A stretch of DNA of 64,000 nucleotides, from assembly GCA_951406725.2 (NCBI GenBank), contig OX597820.1, positions 63,116,001-63,180,000 of the forward strand. Direction: 5' to 3'. Every line of letters begins with the position of its first letter. The stretch's first letter is position 1. Shown piece after piece: positions 29,021-44,274 of this stretch. The position numbers and the translations under genes were made by a program. The notes beneath the pieces were generated by a model, which was not told where the DNA came from, made no database searches, and worked only from the letters and a program-made list of their open reading frames with translations. Source of the stretch: Octopus vulgaris. Its lineage: Eukaryota.

Positions 29021-30093
29021 AAATAATCAGACCAAATGTTTGTCATTTCGAGCCACTCACCTAATGAGTAATTCTGCTAAATTTGGTGAAAATCCGTTCG
29101 GCCGATTTCCAGTAATTTTGCAAAAATACAAACAATCAAACTGTTGTGTGGATGCCCTCAGACGATGAAGTAGACTAGCCAGCACGTAGATATAGAGGGA
29201 GAAGTCTAGACTTAGAGAGTAGTAGTAGTCGGAGTCGAGTTGAGTAGAAGGCATCCGAACGTGCGACGTAACACAAACAGAGAAAGACCAGTGTTTGCAA
29301 CGCCTTGCTTTTGCTTACGAGTAATTAACACAAATATAATTTTCATTTATCGACTCTGAGTCTATATTTTTGCAAGTGAATCTGGTGTCTCACATGAACA
29401 TTCCCTTTTCTCCAATACTATGTATACTTAACCGGTATCTTTTAAAAATAATCTGCCTGAATATTGTTTCACAAATTTATGTAGAAAGAAAAATACCTCT
29501 GAAAAACCAAGGGAATTTATGTGAGCTTATCGGGTATACCATCCATAAAATATGGAATCCGAATTCACATTCCACTGTGGTTTTCAGGAATAGGTATTCT
29601 GGTAAATCTTTACCGATGTCAAAGTAAGTAGCTGCAAATAATAAGTGAACCGAAACCGTTTTAAATGGTCTGGAGCATATTTCCATACTGTACACAAAGT
29701 CATAAGCACGTGCATATATATAGTGAGATATGAATATAACCTTTCAATCTGAAACTACATAGAAAACTTGTGGAAGAAAGTATGATACGCGAAATAAATA
29801 TATAAATATATATGTAGGAATACGTATATGAATGTGTGTATATGCACATCACAAACGCTCTCTTACACACACATAGATACATAAAGATATGTATATATCT
29901 TTATACATATCTATCTATCTCTATATGTGTGTGTATGTGTGTCTGTCTGTATGTATATATATACATACATACACATAAATATATATATGACTGAGTATAT
30001 GTATCATATGTATATAAACGCACATACACAAACACAAATTCGTACCACACAAACACACGCACGTGTGTACACACACTCACACACTCACACACA

Positions 30094-30149
<56 letters not shown>

Positions 30150-30784
30150 CATGGTTAAATCAATCAATCGATAGATAAACAGATAGCGATATAAATAAAT
30201 TGTTAGATGGATAAGAATCTCTTAATAAATTGCGTTTTATTGCAAAAGAAAAAAAGAAAAAATACATACATATAATAAAATCGAAGTCAAGTATTCGCAT
30301 TTGACTTTATCCCAATGTCTCCAAAAATATGCTACAAAAGAATGATTTTTAATAAATGTCAGCCCAGCACAATGAAATTTCGATATACCAAAAGTTGGCA
30401 ATTATAGGATATCTTGCTGTGAAAGGGAACATATATATTTTTCACAGGTCAAATAACAACAAAAACAGAAAACATTCGTTATTGTCTAAGAGCATCAGCA
30501 TGAGAAAAAGTAATGAATTTTTTGAAAATCCATATTTGAATTCACATGTTTCCTAGAGTATAATTCTAGGTATTTCTTCAGTTCAAAATTAGCAATCAAC
30601 AGGTGCCGGGATGTATTGGGAAATTTCTATGGAATTATTGATCTATCTAACACCTTTATTTTTATGAATAACGATTGGTTCAACATAAATGGTAAATTTT
30701 GAAATTTACTGAAAACTATTTCTATATTTGCACATATACACAAGTATGCATATATATATATAACATACACAAATAGAGACGAAA

Positions 30785-30846
<62 letters not shown>

Positions 30847-31135
30847 GTCAGTAAAATCTGCTCTAAAATATCGAACAATACGGGATTATTGAGGAATATT
30901 ATTGTTTGCATTGTTGTAGGTGTATGTATGTTTTTGTGTGTGTGCATGCTTGTGCGCACGCGTGTGTGCGTGGGAGCGTGTTGCGAGCTTGTGGGAGTAA
31001 ACGGTTGAATGTAAAGAATACACTGTCAAGAAGAATTTAAAATATGCTCTACTGATCATCAACATATATTTACGAAAGCTGAAACCTCGATTTGTTGATT
31101 CTCTGGTAGATGGAAAGAGAACGAAGCCCATCGTG

Positions 31136-31166
<31 letters not shown>

Positions 31167-32471
31167 TTATTTATGTGTGTATGTGTGTGTGTGTGTTTAT
31201 TCCCCGTCTCCTCTTGCTTGTCCCCCATGACCTCATGACTACTTGCTTCGTTTCTTTTCTTGAAACGGCCTACGTTGTGAGAAGTATGTGAAGGACCGGT
31301 CGGACTATCATTTTCTTACGTATTGTTGTGAAAGAAAGTGGTAGAAGAAAATCTGGTACATGATGATGATGATGCATTTGCATCTTTCTTCCATTTGCTT
31401 TTGTTAATGCTTTATGAGGAGAAAGACAATTAACCATGACAGTTTCCTGGTCCTTCAGCGATGATTGGAGGGAGAGGCACCTTTATCTAAAAGCCGGTGA
31501 TCTGACACAAATTAATTACAGCACAACAAACAACAGTAAACTCACTTATGCTATGTATAATATCCGCTACTCAAGAGCAAGAACGGACTCTGTGATGGGT
31601 TTCCACTTGCTTTCTGATTATCACAGATCAAATCATGTCCATAATGTCTACCGTCTTGCATTTTTTATCAAAGTGAATGATTAATATCCTAAATTATATA
31701 GTTGCGAATCTAACCTCTTAATCAAACAGAAAAGCTAAATTATGAATTAACTGCTTAATATTTAAGAGCGTCAGAGTTTTGATGACATCAACCTTATAGC
31801 ATGATCATTAAGTATTAAGTAGTTAATTTGTAAACAGGATTTCATAAACTACTTCGATTTTGCCTTTGGTTTGCAAGTGGATTTATTATAAAAGAGAATA
31901 CAGAGAATTTACAGTAAATATAGAATAAGGCCCAATATACTGTACAGAAACGTAAACAGTACAAACTGGAACATATGATCACGAGGAAAGAATTCGTTAC
32001 GCATGATATTAATTGCTGTTTGATAGTAATAGTTGGTTAGTTCTAAAACGCCCAGGTTGAGCATCAATGGACAGAGGCGTTTCGGATATGGATATTTTGT
32101 CTTCTTATTTCCAAACTTAGTCTACCATGGGGAACATTATCCAGGGTATGCCAATTTAAAACGGTAGATTAATTTCTAATGCAGATTTGACTTCTAGAAG
32201 TTCAGACAACCAAATGAAATTTCGTGTGTCAGGCAATTACCCTCATTCCCCTTAACTCATAACACGTCGCTCATAAAAATGTCGAAACACACCTTACATT
32301 ATGTAGCCTTGCACATAGACTACAAATGTGACGGTCATAGCTGGAACAGCTTTTGTTTTATGTTACCTAGAACAGTGTTGCACAGGAGATAATCAATAAT
32401 TCTCACATGCACGTATGCGTGTATCATTGTATCATAGTGAAAAAAAATATATATGTATATATATTTATGTG

Positions 32472-32513
<42 letters not shown>

Positions 32514-32521
32514 TCTCTCAC

Positions 32522-32555
<34 letters not shown>

Positions 32556-32594
32556 ATATATACATATATATATTTTATATATATGTATATATAT

Positions 32595-32642
<48 letters not shown>

Positions 32643-32989
32643 CTCTCTCTCTATATATATATGTCGTATATATATATATGTATGTATGCATGAGTGTATT
32701 TGTTCGATCGTGTATGTGTATGTGTAGGTATATATGTCAACGTGAGTACTAAGCTAGCATAGCAGACAGAAAAGGCAGAGGTAGCTGTGTGTATATATAT
32801 ACATACATATATATAGTCATATATATATATCTTCATATATATACATAAATATAAACACACACACACATATATATATATATATACATATATTCATGTTATA
32901 GTATATATATATATATATTTATAATATATATACATATAGTTATAGTATATATATATATATGTAAATATATATACATATATATATATATA

Positions 32990-33067
<78 letters not shown>

Positions 33068-35010
33068 TTATACTACATATATATGTACGTATGTGTATTC
33101 ATGCCTAGTCTCACCATATTTTGCTTCTTTTCTCTGTCTGTCTCTTTCGTTTTATCTCCTCCACCACCTCCCGCCCAGCCGTCCATCTATGCTCTTCTGT
33201 ATCTTTTATATTTTTCCATCACAATATCACCACAGCCTGCTCTACCGTTACTATTGACACACACCGTCCACTAACGACATCAAAGTACCTATTATTCTTG
33301 AAACGAACCCAATAAACAAACATCACACAAACAAATACAAAAAACCTAAACATACGTATCTCTTAGCCATGACAGATATTAACACACATAAACACAAACA
33401 TACACGCACACACACATGCGTACACACGCATGTAACCTTTGTACCTAAGACATTTGTATATTGATTGGTCTTGCCCCACACATCACAGTCCCTTTGTTGT
33501 TGTTGTTGTTGTTGTTGTTATTGCTGCTGTTATTGTTATTGTTATTATTGTTGTTCTTCTTATTGCTATTATTATTGTTAGCCGGGCTTGTGTCCGTCGT
33601 TATTAATCACACATCAGTCATCGGTGACGGCCATGAATCTATTGTCTAAATTATTCTTCAATAATTCTACAATCCACAACCGAGTCTGAAGTCCCTACAG
33701 CAACAAGAATAATAATAATAACGCCACCCCTCACTACCACCAATAACACCAACGACACCAACAATAACACACAAACACACAACTCTACAAATGGGATTTT
33801 GTAACTCTTTCATTTGTTATATTGTTTTCCTTTCTAATACTTTCTTTTTTTTTTTGCCTATTTATTTTTTGAAACAATTTGTCCTGAATTCTTTGTTGTT
33901 TTTCTCACCGTTTCGACGCGTCCGTTGATTGGTTACTTCGCATGAGATGACGAGGCTTTCATTGAATTAATATTCTTGATGTCAATGTTATATCTCCTGT
34001 TGGATTTTTTGTTTTGTTTTGTTTGTTCTATACATCGTATTGTTTTTGTTTTATTGTACCGCTTTGGTTTTTGCATTTCACCGCCAAACCACAAAGTAAA
34101 CTTCATCATCAATACCATCTTTATCATCGTCATCATCATTATCGTCGTCGTCGTCGTCTCCACCATTATGATGATCGCCACCACCATCACAACCACCACT
34201 AGCACCACCACCGCCATCAATATCACCACCACCACCACCACCACCACCACCATCACCTCCACCACCACCATCATCATCTTCATCATCATCATCATCATCA
34301 TCATCATTACTACCACCACCACAAACATCTCTACCACTCTCACCACCTTCACCACCCACAATACTGTCTTCACCACTACTATAACCTTCATTATCACCAA
34401 CATCATCATCATCATCCCCATCCTAACCATCGTCGCTATTATCAACATCATCAACATATCATTATCCTCAACGCCATCATCATGATCTCATCATCATCTT
34501 CAGCCTCCTCCTCACCCTCCTCCTCATCGTCATCATCATCATCGTCAACATCACCCTCACGGGCGGAGACATGCCCATGGTCATCTTCATTACAATATCA
34601 TCATTAACATTGTCCTCATTAATACATGAATTTAGGGTTATCAACGTAAACATATTTGTTGTTACCATGATCTTATGATGATGTAGGTTTTCATTGTTTC
34701 AGTAAAAGCCTGTTCTGGCTAAGCAGACGTGCATCCGGGCATATATGCTTTCTTTTCTTTCGAGCATCTATTTAGGAACTCATTCTAAAAAACAATATGG
34801 TAGATTATGATTAGCAGAATATTTAATTGCTTTTTCAATTATCTATTGTTGCAGATATGAATAATTTAACGTGCGTTGATCCCGTGGTTGTTTTGTTAAT
34901 ATATTTAGTCCAGAATACAATTGTCGATTAATTCGAACCTAGTAATTTTCTCAACATTTAGAGAAACCAAAGATGAGATATACATTTGCCCACTTCTAAT
35001 ATATTGCACG

Positions 35011-35045
<35 letters not shown>

Positions 35046-35086
35046 AGGTTTGTGTGTATCTATGTGTGCGTATACAAGGATGTATG

Positions 35087-35250
35087 TTAGGCGGAGGCGT
35101 GGTTATGTGTGAAGAAGCTTTCTCCACAACATCATGGTACTGGAGTAACTCGCACTGTGTAGAACATAGGGCAAGTTTCTTGTACTACAGTCTCGGGTCG
35201 TCCAAAATCTTGTGGATATGGTAGACGGAAACTGAAAGAAGCCCAGCATG
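35087..35250 (+). mobile_element. SINE family B 5' fragment
   Basis: ggcgtggttatgtgtgaagaagc...gtagacggaaactgaaagaagccc is the reverse complement of the family B core at 47770-47924. Confidence 0.65.
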
Positions 35251-35265
35251 TATATGTATATATAT

Positions 35266-35322
<57 letters not shown>

Positions 35323-36315
35323 TACACATATATATGTATATATATATATATATATATGTATATGCTTTCTTTTTTAATATTGCGCTCTGGCATTGCAGAC
35401 ACCATTATATATGCTGATGGTGTCTGCAATGCCAGAGCGCAATTTAAAAAAAAAACCATACTCTTAGACACGCATTTATTACCTTAAACATCTACTGCTA
35501 GATACTCTTACATTACATAAAACTCATTTACTTACTTCGCCTTCTTTTTCTCGACTTTGCTTGCTCCTACCTCCTTATATTGTTTCCCTTATCATATTTT
35601 ATGCACGTGTGGATCTATGTTGCAATGCGTTCATAATTAATTACAACAATTTTTTTAAACAACGAGTGTTGGTATGTTTACATCAGCGTAAACATACCAA
35701 CAGTTCGGCGAAATAGTGCGATAGGATAAGCATCAGGCTTAAAGAAAAATGAAATAATGGGGTTTATTCGTTTGACTATGATTCTTCTAGAAGGTGCTCC
35801 AGCATGGCCGCAGTCTAAAGAGTGAAATACACAAAAGGAAAAGCAAAAGGAAAAATATGATTATCTCTGATCGGGTATCAATCTCTACACAGACATTTAT
35901 AATGCTTCACAGAATTGTGTAATGCTCCAAAGAGCACTTCACCCTAAAAGCTAAAATGTAGGCATAACGAAAATACAATTATGGATATTCAACAATCAGA
36001 CTTGACGGTTTTCTGCTTGTTTAAAACTAGATTTTTCCAGGGGAAACGCACGCGCGCTCATTTGTGCGTGCATGTGTGTGTGTTTTATCTCCTTGAGGGT
36101 TATAAAGAATAATATGATACGCGTTAGTAAAATGTTTCTGTGAATATTATTTGAAAACAGTGATGAATAAAATTCAAATCGAAAAGGCGTAAATTTATTT
36201 GATACAACCCCGGGAAGCACCCCGAGATTGTTAACCCATTAAACGAACAATATATTTATCTAGCAACTCAAATCACCTTCCTACAAAACATAGGACATAT
36301 TACACACAATATTCT

Positions 36316-36706
36316 TTTCTACTCTATATACAAGGCTAGAAATTTTGGGGGAGGAATCCAGTGGATTAGATCGACCTTAGTACGCCACTGGTTTATCGTT
36401 CCCCGAAAGGATGAAAGTCAAAGACGACCTCGGCGGGATTTGAACTCAGAACATGAAGACAGACGAAATACCTATTTCTCTACTACCCACAAGGGGCTAA
36501 ACGCAGAGAGGACAAACAAGGACAGACAAACGGATTAAGTCGATCATATCGACTCCAGTGCGTAACTGGTACTTATTTAATCGACCCCGAAAGGATGAAA
36601 GACAAAGTTGACCTCGGCGGAATTTGAACTCAGAACGTAGCGGCAGACGAAATACCGCTAAGCATTTCGCCCTGAGTGCTAACGTTTCTGCCAGCTCGCC
36701 GCCTTA
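36316..36706 (-). mobile_element. tRNA-derived SINE family C with partial internal duplication and probable TSD
   Basis: Minus-strand head aaggcggcgagctggcagaaacgttagcac...gagttcaaattcc. The block gaaaggatgaaag...cctcggcgg.atttgaactcagaac occurs twice. Flanks attacac(a/c)caatatt at about 36299 and 36709. Confidence 0.85.
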
Positions 36707-38740
36707 GCATTACACCCAATATTAGCATCTCTATCCGTTAACAGATTACCAGGCGTTTCTTGGATATTCGCAGACATACTTTGAACTTACAGCTATAATC
36801 CATGCGACTGGTTTCCTCACCATTCCTGCTTACTGAATTTAATTCATTCTAACTCGAGGCAATTTGTAGAATGTACTTTACAACGGTGTCATGCCTAAGG
36901 AGCAAATCCAAATCATTTTGATTGAGAAGCGAATTCTCGTATTATTGCATCATGCCTAAGTTCAATGTCGTTATCGCAATCCTTTGACCGCTAATCCGAC
37001 CCACCATAACTCCCAAGACATTCATCTCTCACGACATCGTGATTTTTATCATCTTTCTCAACGTCTTCGTCACCGTCATAGTCGTCAGCATCAACATTAC
37101 AATCATCATGATCGTGAACGTAATCATCATCGTTATCGACTCCGCCGCCATCAAAACCACCACCACCACCACCACTAATATCGCCATCAGCAAAGCCAGC
37201 CACAGCAGTGTTGTTACCGTCGGCGTTATCGTCGTCGGCTTCCTCTTCATCATCATCATCATTGCGGCCACGGTCGTCGAAATTTTTGCTAAAATATCAA
37301 ATGTATTAAACCCACCAGACCGCAATGGTCGCCAGTTAAAAAAAAAGAAAATAATAAACAGTAATGAATGCAATAAATATAACTAAAAGAATGAACAAAG
37401 AAAGTGTTTGTTTTTATTGCTAGGCTTGTTGTTGTTGTTATTATTATTATTACTACTACTCCTAATACTATTGCTACTACTACTACTACTGCTACTACTA
37501 CCGCTGTTGCTGTTTGATTAGTCTGTGGTAGGTCGCTACATGCACTGCAGTACAGTTGCAGTTGAATAATGAAGCGTGAAGCTGTGACTCCCTCACATCT
37601 GATCTGTGAAACTGAAACAGTTCAAAATGAGGAAAGAAGAAAGAAGGAACTACAAAAAATATATAATAAATAATATAAAAAGAAGAAAAAAGAGAGGGAG
37701 AGAAAGAGATGGAGAGTGAGTGATGCAGGGAAAGTGAGACAGAAAAAGAACATTAAAATGTCAAAAGTCAAAAGTAACGAACAGAATTTTAATTATGTCC
37801 TGCTGGCTTTCATTATTTAATTAATCATCTATTCGGGCACCCTCCTTCTATCATTATCTGGAACTATCATTATTTTTTTTTTAGCCAAAACTAATAAAAA
37901 TATAGGACGAAGAAAAAATTAACCGGAGGAGATAAAATTTGTAATGAGATAACTTCGCTATGTACCGTATGAAGTGAATCTTTGGAGAAAAAACAGAAAT
38001 ATTTAGGAAGGCTGTACATGAAGATGAGTACATTCATAAAAGAGTGTGAAACATAGTTAACTCCGCTAAGATCATGGTCAGAACTAGTTTATATATTTCA
38101 GGATGGACCTGTATTCGAAAAAAATAAATACAGTTGAATAAGGAGAAATCAATTAAAATGCTGTAGAGTAATTATATTATATTAAATAATTTTTTGTTCA
38201 GCGTAATAGCCATGTCTTTTCGAATAAATGAAGTGTATTTGAGTAAACTGTAAATGAAGATGGCTTGTATGACGGAAAATGTATTTTGAATAAAGAAATG
38301 TTCGTGTAAGATGGTATTGAGGCACGTTTTGGCCATATTTTGAAGGAAAGAAGCGTGAAGCAATAAGCACAAGCTGAATTCCGCAAAGCAAAAGTTTAAA
38401 ATGTATGTAGTAAGAAATGGTTTATCGGGTATGCATCAAGATATCCACGGTAGAATTAGTTTGTAGTAAGATCTTCGATTGTGGAAACTAAGCTTATTTC
38501 AGAAGGTCCCCAAAGGACACAACAGTGCGAATTGCTTTAATGCTTGCAACGAGAATTTAATTCATTTAATTATGAGGGTTGAAGCCCGACACTTTCTGTG
38601 TATATAAAGAATGTTGCAAGGTCGTGAATTTTGTAACCATTCGTATACTGATTTACACAAGCTCTAACACACACACACACACACAGACATAGACACACAC
38701 ACACACAGACATAGACACACACACACACACAAACACACAA

Positions 38741-38772
<32 letters not shown>

Positions 38773-38784
38773 ATATATACACAT

Positions 38785-38823
<39 letters not shown>

Positions 38824-38835
38824 TACATTCATATA

Positions 38836-38895
<60 letters not shown>

Positions 38896-39756
38896 CATAT
38901 ATATACGTGTGTGTTTTTGTGTGTGTTTTTCGTGTGTGTGTGAGTTTGTGTACGCGTATGTGTATGCATATTTATGTGTATAAAATATACATAAATGTAT
39001 ATTTTTATAAACATGTTATTTGATTGAGATACGGGGTGACATCTCCAAAACTATAAATATTAATTATGAATTATATATACAAAAAGCAAATGGTAATCAA
39101 TCATTTAGAAAAAAACATGCAAAATTTATGCACAGTATTCAGTGCATACTTCGGTAAATCGCTAATACGTTAGACCGCCATAATTTCCGCTATCTTTCAC
39201 CTTCAAAGGCTTAGGTTATTTAACCAACGTACCTTGTAGTTTAGCTCGAGATCTCATTGAACATAATATCATGAATAATGATGAATCCTTCCTCACTTCA
39301 CTCAGTGTCATTACAGTGTGTATCCGTCTCTATAATACGTGACACACATGTGTCCATGCATATGTGTGTGTGTGTGGGGGGGGTGTTTGCATCTGATCAT
39401 TGAGGTAATTTTTAGACACGTTGTATAAATTAGTAAATGGTTCTAACATAGTAATGAGGCGAGTAGTCGAGCAGAGCGACTAGTAATAAATTTTGAACCG
39501 TACTCGAAGCAATGGCTGGAGGATTTGACATTGGCTTTTTTCGAACACAGAAAGTAAACAGCAGACACAAATACCGGAATGTGTTAGGCTTCCTTATGAT
39601 TTTGTCAATTCGTTGCCTCTGCAAATATGAAAGCAAATGATTGAAAATCTACAAATGTCAATGCACATGTGTGTGTATGATATATGAATTTTTATATACA
39701 CACATACATGCATGTACACACATATGTATATGTGCGTCGGTGTGTATGCATATATA

Positions 39757-39853
39757 CGAGGGGTGTATGAAAAGACTTGAGCCTCAAGATAACAAAACAT
39801 GGTATGACACTTCTGATGAAGGTAAAAGACTCAAAATTTTGATACACCCCTCG
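39757..39853. mobile_element. 97-bp mariner-derived MITE with TA TSD
   Basis: ta|cgaggggtgtatgaaaagacttgagcct ... agactcaaaattttgatacacccctcg|ta form TIRs of about 27 bp. Confidence 0.85.
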
Positions 39854-39884
39854 TAAGTCCAAACACACATTTACACGTATGTGT

Positions 39885-39990
39885 AGGCGCAGACGTGGCT
39901 GTGTGGTAAGAAGCAAGCTTCCCAACTATCTGGTTCCGGGTTCACTTCCACTGCGAAGCATCTAGAGCAAATGACTTCTCCTATAATATA
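39885..39990 (+). mobile_element. SINE family B head fragment, truncated where the fold-back element begins
   Basis: aggcgcagacgtggctgtgtggtaagaagcaagcttccc...ccgggttca. Confidence 0.7.
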
Positions 39991-40033
39991 AGCAACAGGG
40001 ATATGCAGTACCCAACAAGGATATGCAGATGTA

Positions 40034-40127
40034 ATGCAGTACGATCGTTTCATGCAACTCCATTTAATTGAACAATGCAATCATTTCATTACATCAGTTT
40101 GAAATGTAGAGCAATCGTCAGCTGCAC
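40034..40127 (-). ncRNA. Type I hammerhead motif with long stem II and palindromic stem III
   Basis: Minus strand: GTGCAG-CTGACGA-(about 63 nt foldable)-GAA-ACGATCGT-A-CTGCAT; GUA cleavage triplet. Confidence 0.8.
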
Positions 40128-40262
40128 AAAGACATAGAATTTAATTAAATCAGAACAGAAAGTCACATTAGTATAATTTTACCTAAGATCTCCAAGAAGT
40201 TAAGGCGACAGACAATGAACATGAACCTACAACATCATAGTCTTACCTACAACTATGTCTTT

Positions 40263-40356
40263 GTGCAGCTGAAGATTGTTCTACATTGTAAATTGATGTA
40301 ATGAAATTATTGCATTGTTCAATTAAATGGAGTTGCATGAAACAATCGTACTGCAT
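40263..40356 (+). ncRNA. Type I hammerhead motif with long stem II
   Basis: GTGCAG-CTGAAGA-ttgttct...gagttgcat-GAAAC-aatc-GTA-CTGCAT. Confidence 0.78.
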
Positions 40357-40473
40357 TACCTCTGGATATCCTTGTTGCCTATTTTGACGTTAATCACCTT
40401 ATTTTGAAATTGTATGGAAAATAGAAAATACTGTACTAAATTCTGGTGCTTCAACTTAAATACCATAGTCATC

Positions 40474-40629
<156 letters not shown>

Positions 40630-40936
40630 AAGAGATAGGTGGATAGATAAATACATATACAAACACACACATATATATATATATATAAATCATGCAGTGC
40701 ACATAGATATCCACTACGCCTCTCAATTTGTCTAAGCATTGAAAAGTAAAAGTAAAATAAAAACTGAAGCGTATGAAATAGTATTTCATAATACAATGTA
40801 ATAGAAATTCCATTGATTTGAGACCACCAACAGAGAGTTTCTGGATTGTGTTATTGGCAGATGTAATCATTGAAATGAAAATATGTAGACATTTTTGTGG
40901 TTGTCATGTTGTTGATAGTTGTCTTGAAAGCATGGC

Positions 40937-40970
<34 letters not shown>

Positions 40971-41311
40971 TTGGATGTAATAGTTTTGTATGTGATGACA
41001 ATGTTGAGGCTGAAAAATGATTATATTGATGGTGTTTTGGTAGCTACAATTGTAAGTTTAATAAAAAGACATGGTTGTCTTGTTCTTGTTTTCTTTGTTG
41101 TTGTTGCTGGTATTAAGATGGCGGATTTGATGTCATTATGGGTGGCAATAGAAAAGAAGACGATATGAGATTATAATTAGCAATGTTGCTCTTGTTCATG
41201 GAGGATATGTTTTGTATGTTAGTGCTGTAGTTGCTAGCAAATCTGAAGTTACAAATGTGGAGTTGCTATGATGAAATATGTTTGTTCCTCTTGTTGTTGC
41301 TGCTGCTGTTA

Positions 41312-41356
<45 letters not shown>

Positions 41357-44198
41357 GTGATGATGGAGAGGTGGAGGGGAGAAAGTGGGGAAGGATGAAG
41401 AGGTCTCGCATCAAACGTCTTCCAAACATGACTATCACGTCTTTTATTCAGACACAATTTATTTAAGACTCCGTTATCCTTCTTTTCCTCAAAAGTTTGT
41501 TCTGTGTTTTCAAAGAGGTTTTTTTCTGCAGTTTCAAGCAGGTTGTGTGTCTACTTAGAGGTTGCCTCAGTTGTTTATTGCTTTGATTTTTACCGATTTG
41601 TTTCTGTTTTAGAATCATAACCGCATGCGGCAGGCATAAACTATGATAAAATTCATTCCAGCTTTGACCATACTGCCGGTTTTCTCTATATCCGTAAGTC
41701 ATGACCACGTTATCCAATGTCTCCATTTCTAAGACAATTGAGAGTAATTTCAAGGAAATTCGGATGCTATTTCTAACAGCCTGAGAGACGAAACAATTCG
41801 CTGACTCAAGGAAATTTTAATAATTGTAAATTGAGAAAATTTTCTTTGTGTCAATAATGTCATATTAATTTGTCACTTGCTGTAAGCTTTCATAGTGTTT
41901 GTATACTTGATGTTATTGCTGATATTTGTATTGCGGTTGTTTATCTTGTGACCCGCAGTGATCCAGCGGAATTGTGATCAAAAGGAAATCAATAGTTTCA
42001 TCATCGATTTACGATTCAGTCTTCCATTTCTTGACCTCTGAAGTTGTACTGCATTATAGATATTGTAGTTAAATATTAATCACCAAATATTAAATTGAAA
42101 TAATGATTTAGCTGTAAATCCTTTGATTTCTCAATGTGATAATTATTTACATCGTAATTTCCTCGAATAAAACCACATTAATCACTCGTCTTTGCTAATT
42201 ATCTGGGATTTTTACTGATATCTCTGTGGTATATATATCATTTATCCTGAAAAAATTAATGCCGATGATGTGTCGCGTTTCTTTTGAACATTTGAGTTAA
42301 ACGACGAACGTGAAACGACGTTGGAATCAATAAAACTCCTCCTCGAAGAAACCCATCATCAAAAGACTATCAGTTATGACCATCCATTCATTGTTGTTAT
42401 TATCAGATACAGTACATCCGGGATTCCATTGCTTCATGTGTTCGTGTTTGAAGTAGAGGAAATCCCCACATTTCTCTATATGGAAAGATCTGAGAATCAC
42501 TTCACTCAACGTCTTCTTCACCGATGTATGGTTTGAAAGTGATTTAGTTGTTATATCTAGCATGTCGTTGAATCATATCTGAAGTATATCTGGTAGATAC
42601 TTGTATATCTTTATATTCTATCTTATTTCAAACCAGGTGTATGTTTGCTATTTATAATACTTCGGTTAACTTCAGGTGATTACTGATGGTGCGCTATATC
42701 GCATGAAGGTGAGACCAAAGAAGTTGATACATAGATTTTTGTTTTGTTTAGTCGCAGATCGGCTCTGATCTGTCAGACATATTTTCAAAGGTGTTACAAC
42801 CTTCACCATCTCGTCTTTTCTTCCTATATAGCATAAAGAAGATTGAATCTTGCAATTTATCTTTCCTTTTATAAGACAGTAGTGAAAGATTTTAGTGAAA
42901 TTTGTATGCTATTTCTCGTGGTTTGTTGAAATTATTTAGCCCTAGGCCAACCATGACGTCGCAGATTAATGATCAAAGAAATCTAAATGCACACATCTGT
43001 TATATTTTACTTTTCTTTTTTCGTGACTCGAGTCTGGATTACAATACTCAATTTCCTTTTATTAAGACAACCGAGTGTTTAGTTTGCGGAAGAGTTCACT
43101 GTGCTTCCTAGAAGGTCGGGTAGATTTTAGAGGATTCTCTCGATGGTTCATCACTAAATATATTGCAATGAGAGTGGGCAAAACTAGTTAAGCGACATAC
43201 AAGGAGTAAAAAACACCACAACGAGCACTCATAAGCTTTTCTTAACCGCAATGTCATATCTTTTGGCGATTGTGTTGCAGTAGTACTTTTCTCCTAGACG
43301 AATCCTGTCCCATGTAGAGACTTTGAACACTGCTACTCAGATATGTATAACATATCTCAGTTATGCAATCTCTACCTTATTTACAATAATAATTAACTGT
43401 ACGTAGGAAATATTTTATAACTTATGCTGTTGATTGTTTTCTACCGTCAGGACATTGTAACAGGCTTTTGCCTTATTCAGATGGTAGTGATGAAAAAAAG
43501 ATTATTCCATTTGATTTCTCTCTTCCCTGTTAGATTTTCTGGAATACAGTAATAAATGCCTCTTCTGCTGGATTCGGAGCCTTCACATCTATAATCTCAT
43601 TTATGCATACCACAAATTTTAACTTCATTGGCATGTCACAGTTAGTGACCAAGATGTTACTATATATCTTATCTATGTGAATTAACGAGGCATTTTGTCA
43701 TTACACTTCCTTTACTTATGTGTTTCTATGATCTTATGTCAAATTAGTATTGTTTATTGCCTTTAAGCCGCTACAATTTATTTGTTTTATAGACCGTATC
43801 TGCCTATGTACAATGTAATGCATTGTTGATAGCCATGAGTGGTGGATTTTTCATTTAATATTTCAAGAACTTGTATAATCTATATATATTTATGCATGTA
43901 TGATCCAGGATGTTGATTGATGTTACAATTCCACCAGTCATCGAAAGATTCCTAACTGCTAAATAAATGTGGCACGCTCATCTTTATTCCTTACATCATT
44001 TTATTTCATATTCCGCAATGGATAAAATATTCATATAAACGGTACATTTCACGGATATTCAGTTTGCATTGAATATTTTTGGATTAACATGACGATATAT
44101 ATATATATATATATATAACTGTGTTGTTAGTGTGTGTGTGTTGCATTGTGTATGTATACATGAATATACTAATATATGTATGCGTGAATGTTATATAC

Positions 44199-44274
<76 letters not shown>

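Larger units (their letters stand above)
40013..40377. mobile_element. Fold-back element (125-bp arms, 115-bp spacer) with a hammerhead motif in each arm; PLE inverted-pLTR-like
   Basis: Arms 40013-40137 and 40253-40377 are imperfect reverse complements. HHRs at 40034-40127(-) and 40263-40356(+). Confidence 0.85.
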
